This document shows positions 21,239-24,646 of a DNA stretch of 24,646 bases, piece after piece. Source of the stretch: Octopus sinensis (taxonomy: Eukaryota); the NCBI RefSeq assembly GCF_006345805.1, contig NW_021836343.1, positions 1 to 24,646 on the forward strand. The letters run 5' to 3'. The translations under genes and the position numbers were made by a program. How positions within the stretch are numbered: position 1 is the first letter of the stretch; each line of letters begins with the position of its first letter. The notes under the pieces were generated by a model. The model saw only the letters and a list, made by a program, of their open reading frames with translations, ran no database searches and was not told where the DNA came from.

Positions 21239-21423
21239 GTGGTAAATTGTGTTAATGATTGTCCTAATGTGGTTTCAACTATCAAAGTGTTTTTCAAAAT
21301 CTGTTAATTGCACACTCTATTCAAGGTCGTGCGTCAATTTGTGGTAAATTGTGTTAATGATTGTGCTAATGTGGTTTCAACTATCAAAGTGGTTTTTCAA
21401 AATCTGTTAATTGCACACTCTAT
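21239..21423 (+). repeat. Two-copy direct repeat, period ~102 bp
   Basis: GTGGTAAATTGTG...CACACTCTAT at 21239-21320 and 21341-21423. Confidence 0.9.
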
Positions 21424-21599
21424 GATAATAGCTTTAATTTTGATTCATGGTCGTTAATGATATATGCATTTAATTTTAAAGAGAAAAACATAGGATGAAT
21501 TGAATTTCTTTATCGCGAATAATTGGGAGTTCATCATTGTTAATATTCTCGCTGTCGTTTTCATCAAGGATATTCTTAATACGTGAGATTTTTGCCTGG

Positions 21600-22493
21600 A
21601 AAGTTTTAATGGACCTCATCATGAATGTCGAGGACATTCGCGTTGTTCATTTTAATCAAAATGCAGAAAATAATTTTTTGATTTTTTGGCGGGAGGTTTT
21701 AAGGACCTCATCATGTAAGTCGAGGACATCGTAGTTGTTCATTTTAACCAAAATGCAGAAAAATTTTTTTTTAATTTTTTTGGGGGGGAAGGTTTTAAGG
21801 ACCTCATCATGTAAGTCGAGGACATCGTAGTTGTTCATTTTAACCAAAATGCAGAAAAATTTTTTTTTAATTTTTTTGGGGGGGAAGGTTTTAAGGACCT
21901 CATCATGTAAGTCGAGGACATCGTAGTTGTTCATTTTAACCAAAATGCAGAAAATTTTTTTTTAATTTTTTTGGGGGGGAAGGTTTTAAGGACCTCATCA
22001 TGTAAGTCGAGGACATCGTAGTTGTTCATTTTAACCAAAATGCAGAAAATTTTTTTTAATTTTTTTTGGGGGGGAAGGTTTTAAGGACCTCATCATGTAA
22101 GTCGAGGACATCGTAGTTGTTCATTTTGACCAAAACGCAGAAAAATTTTTTTTAATTTTTTTTGGGGGGAAGGTTTTAAGGACCTCATCATGTAAGTCTA
22201 GGACATCGTAGTTGTTCATTTTAACCAAAATGCAGAAAATTTTTTTTTAATTTTTTTGGGGGGGGAAGTTTTAAGGACCTCATCATGTAAGTCGAGGACT
22301 CGTAGTTTTTCATTTTAACCAAAATGCAGAAAATTTTTTTTTAATTTTTTTTGGGGGGGGAAGTTTTAAGGACCTCATCATTAAGTCGAGGACATCGTAG
22401 TTGTTCATTTTGACCAAAACGCAGAAAAATTTTTTTTAATTTTTTTTGGGGGAAGGTTTTAAGGACCTCATCATGTAAGTCGAGGACATCGTA
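21600..22493. repeat. ~95-bp tandem satellite, about 9.3 units
   Basis: GGACCTCATCATG recurs at 21611, 21703, 21799, 21895, 21990, 22085, 22180, 22275, 22370 and 22463; units differ mainly in T/G run length. Confidence 0.95.
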
Positions 22494-22515
22494 TTGCCAA
22501 TTTGAAGTTGGTGTG

Positions 22516-22580
22516 CACACACAGACAGACAGACAGACAGACACACAGACAGACACACAGACAGACAGACAGACACACAC
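22516..22580. repeat. (ACAG)n/(AC)n microsatellite
   Basis: Read directly; reads (GTCT)n on the minus strand. Confidence 0.95.
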
Positions 22581-23896
22581 CATAAATACCATTTTTATTT
22601 AAGATTTAATTTCTTAATCATTTAAATACAAGGTTCTCTTCTTTTATTTTCCTAGCTTTTTTAATAATTCTGGCATGCTAATGTATGATAACACGCCAAT
22701 CATAGGAATTATAATCCAGTCAACCCACTCTATAGTAAACAAAATGTCCAGGTCAAAACTTTAACGAATAGTGATGTTTTCGCTTTAAAGTTCAATCAAT
22801 CAAAACGGTTTCATTTAGTCTTAAGAGCTGTCCTAAAACAAGATGGACTTTAGCGTGGCTATATCGAAAGCGCGGAGACAAGAAATCGCGGAGGTGGAAT
22901 TCTACGTGACGTACAAGTTCTTTTTTGGCGCCTATTTTTTGAATACTGAGTTTAGAGGTACCCTTTCTGGAAGGCAAAGATGGGTAAAGTCCAAGACTGA
23001 AGACCATTAGAGCTTCGTTTCCAACAACTATGTCACAAGACATAGTAAAGTCACATGTGTTCTGCTTTTTATAAAAAAAAGGCAAAAATCGGTAAGACTG
23101 TTTGATGGCCAACAACTTATTTCATGAAAGGTATGAAAAACAGTAATTTAGTTTATAAAACAATTTTTTGAGTTCTTGTAAAAACAGATAATTTCAAGTT
23201 TGACAAACATCATCGACTTTTGAAATTTGTGTAAAAAGAAAAAATATAAATGAACTGTTCGGAATTTTAGAATACTCGATTAAAAAAACAAAATCTGTGA
23301 ATCGAAAGACAACTTTGTCTAAATAATTCATAATCTAATTAAAATGGTTCTGTCAACCTTCTCTATAGTGAACAAAATGTCCACATCAAAACATCATGTT
23401 CACTATTGTCTATAGTGAACAAAAAAATAAACAAGAATCCAAATAACAATAAACAATAATTAAGTATAATTAAAGCGATTATTTAGAGATTTTAATCACG
23501 TAATCGGTGATTTTTTGAGAATGATTAGTTTGATAATTTTTAAAGTTTTTTTGTATTTCGTATATTTTTCCTCTTTGTTCATAATCATTCTCAAGAAACA
23601 ATAATTCAAGCGCCTTCGCATATTCACTAACTTCATATATTGTCGGAGTATAAATTTTTTCATTTTACTCTTCAACTCGATCTTACTGTATTAGTTTTCT
23701 CAAATAGTTATTCATAAAATTGACGTCGTCAATTTGATCATTTTAAGAATCAACAGATTTTTTTCCGAGTCAACGGCTAATTTTCTGTTCACCAAAAGAT
23801 TAAAAACAATCCAGTTTCGTATTGTTCTAATTTTCTATTGAGACTTTTTTTAGACAACGTCAATTTATTAATCAAATTAGGTCAAGAGAAAAATCG

Positions 23897-24355
23897 TCAT
23901 TGGCAGATAGCCAGAGTATTGCCTCTGACTATGGCTATAGATATTCGTTCGTTTAAATACCGGGCTCACTCACAGGGTCGCCGGTAACCCTTTCGATTAA
24001 TGAGGCAATGCGCTGGAGTAGGGTCCGAGTAGAAGGCCCCTGTATTCCTGACGTCTCAACAGCCAGGGGGACAAACACTCTGCCATTCCCAATTCCAGCG
24101 TATTTCTCAGTTTTTCTCATCTCAGCCCGTTCAGACGGGGCTCCCGGATTCTCGATGCATAATTTGATATTCTGATTGGAAAAGGAGTTCACACACGTGA
24201 CGTCCCAAACCAGACACTTTCCCCTCTGAAATGGAAATGTGGTCATCCCATCGGGTCTTCTGCCGTCCTCTACAAAAATCCCTGCAGGTTCCAATTGTGT
24301 GTGGAATCCAGCAGTTCGAAGAGATCGACAGATCTATTGAGACTTTTTGTAAAAT
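23897..24355 (-). mobile_element. Second CRE-clade-like fragment (restriction-like endonuclease to stop)
   Basis: AGFHTQLEP, DGRRPDG, GKCLVWDVTC, KY, AVETSG, GDP, then after a frameshift ERISIAIVRGN...*. Confidence 0.85.
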
Positions 24356-24646
24356 TTTCAATCATGAAGGTTTTAACAATTTTATTCTCCTCAATAAAGC
24401 ACGGAAAGCAATTCGATATCGATTTTTTAATTTCTCAAGCTATCCATTTGATGCTTGAAATCCTTGAGTAATACAAACTTTCGCATTTTTAAAGACATCA
24501 ACTTCAAAAGATATTCATTGAATATGAACCCAAATAATCGTTTTTTGACAAACCATTCAAATAAATCTCTGTCGAATGATTGAGACTTACACAAGTAAAT
24601 TTTCTTCTTTTTGGTCATCTTGAAAAGTAAGTATTCCTTCAGAATT

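Noticed and set aside
21600-22493. CRISPR-like array
   Set aside because: Units are contiguous with no unique spacers; no cas genes; eukaryotic context.
22792-23115. 107-aa minus-strand ORF as a host gene
   Set aside because: No recognisable domain, non-ATG start, no splice support.
1-24646. Telomeric repeats, rRNA or tRNA genes
   Set aside because: None recognised by eye; no covariance-model search was run.

Overview
AT-rich eukaryotic repeat region with no intact host gene. It is a patchwork of non-LTR retrotransposons (Jockey/I-like, Ingi/Vingi-like with a 2A peptide, CRE-like), hAT, pogo and Helitron remnants, an unclassified TIR element and satellites. The notable part is 1-8680, a chain of RNA-derived pieces: partitivirus RdRp fragment (-), histone H3 5' end (+), near full-length LINE (+), T10 tract, near-complete partitivirus RdRp segment (-), second LINE RT 3' half (+), and a candidate negative-strand virus nucleoprotein (-). 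Both LINE 3' ends run directly into antisense viral sequence, and several junctions coincide with RNA ends. This suggests a LINE-RT-built array of viral cDNAs that could yield antisense RNA; mechanism and function are inference. Many single-base frameshifts look like long-read consensus errors, so pseudogene status is uncertain. All family assignments come from motifs recognised by eye; no database search was run.
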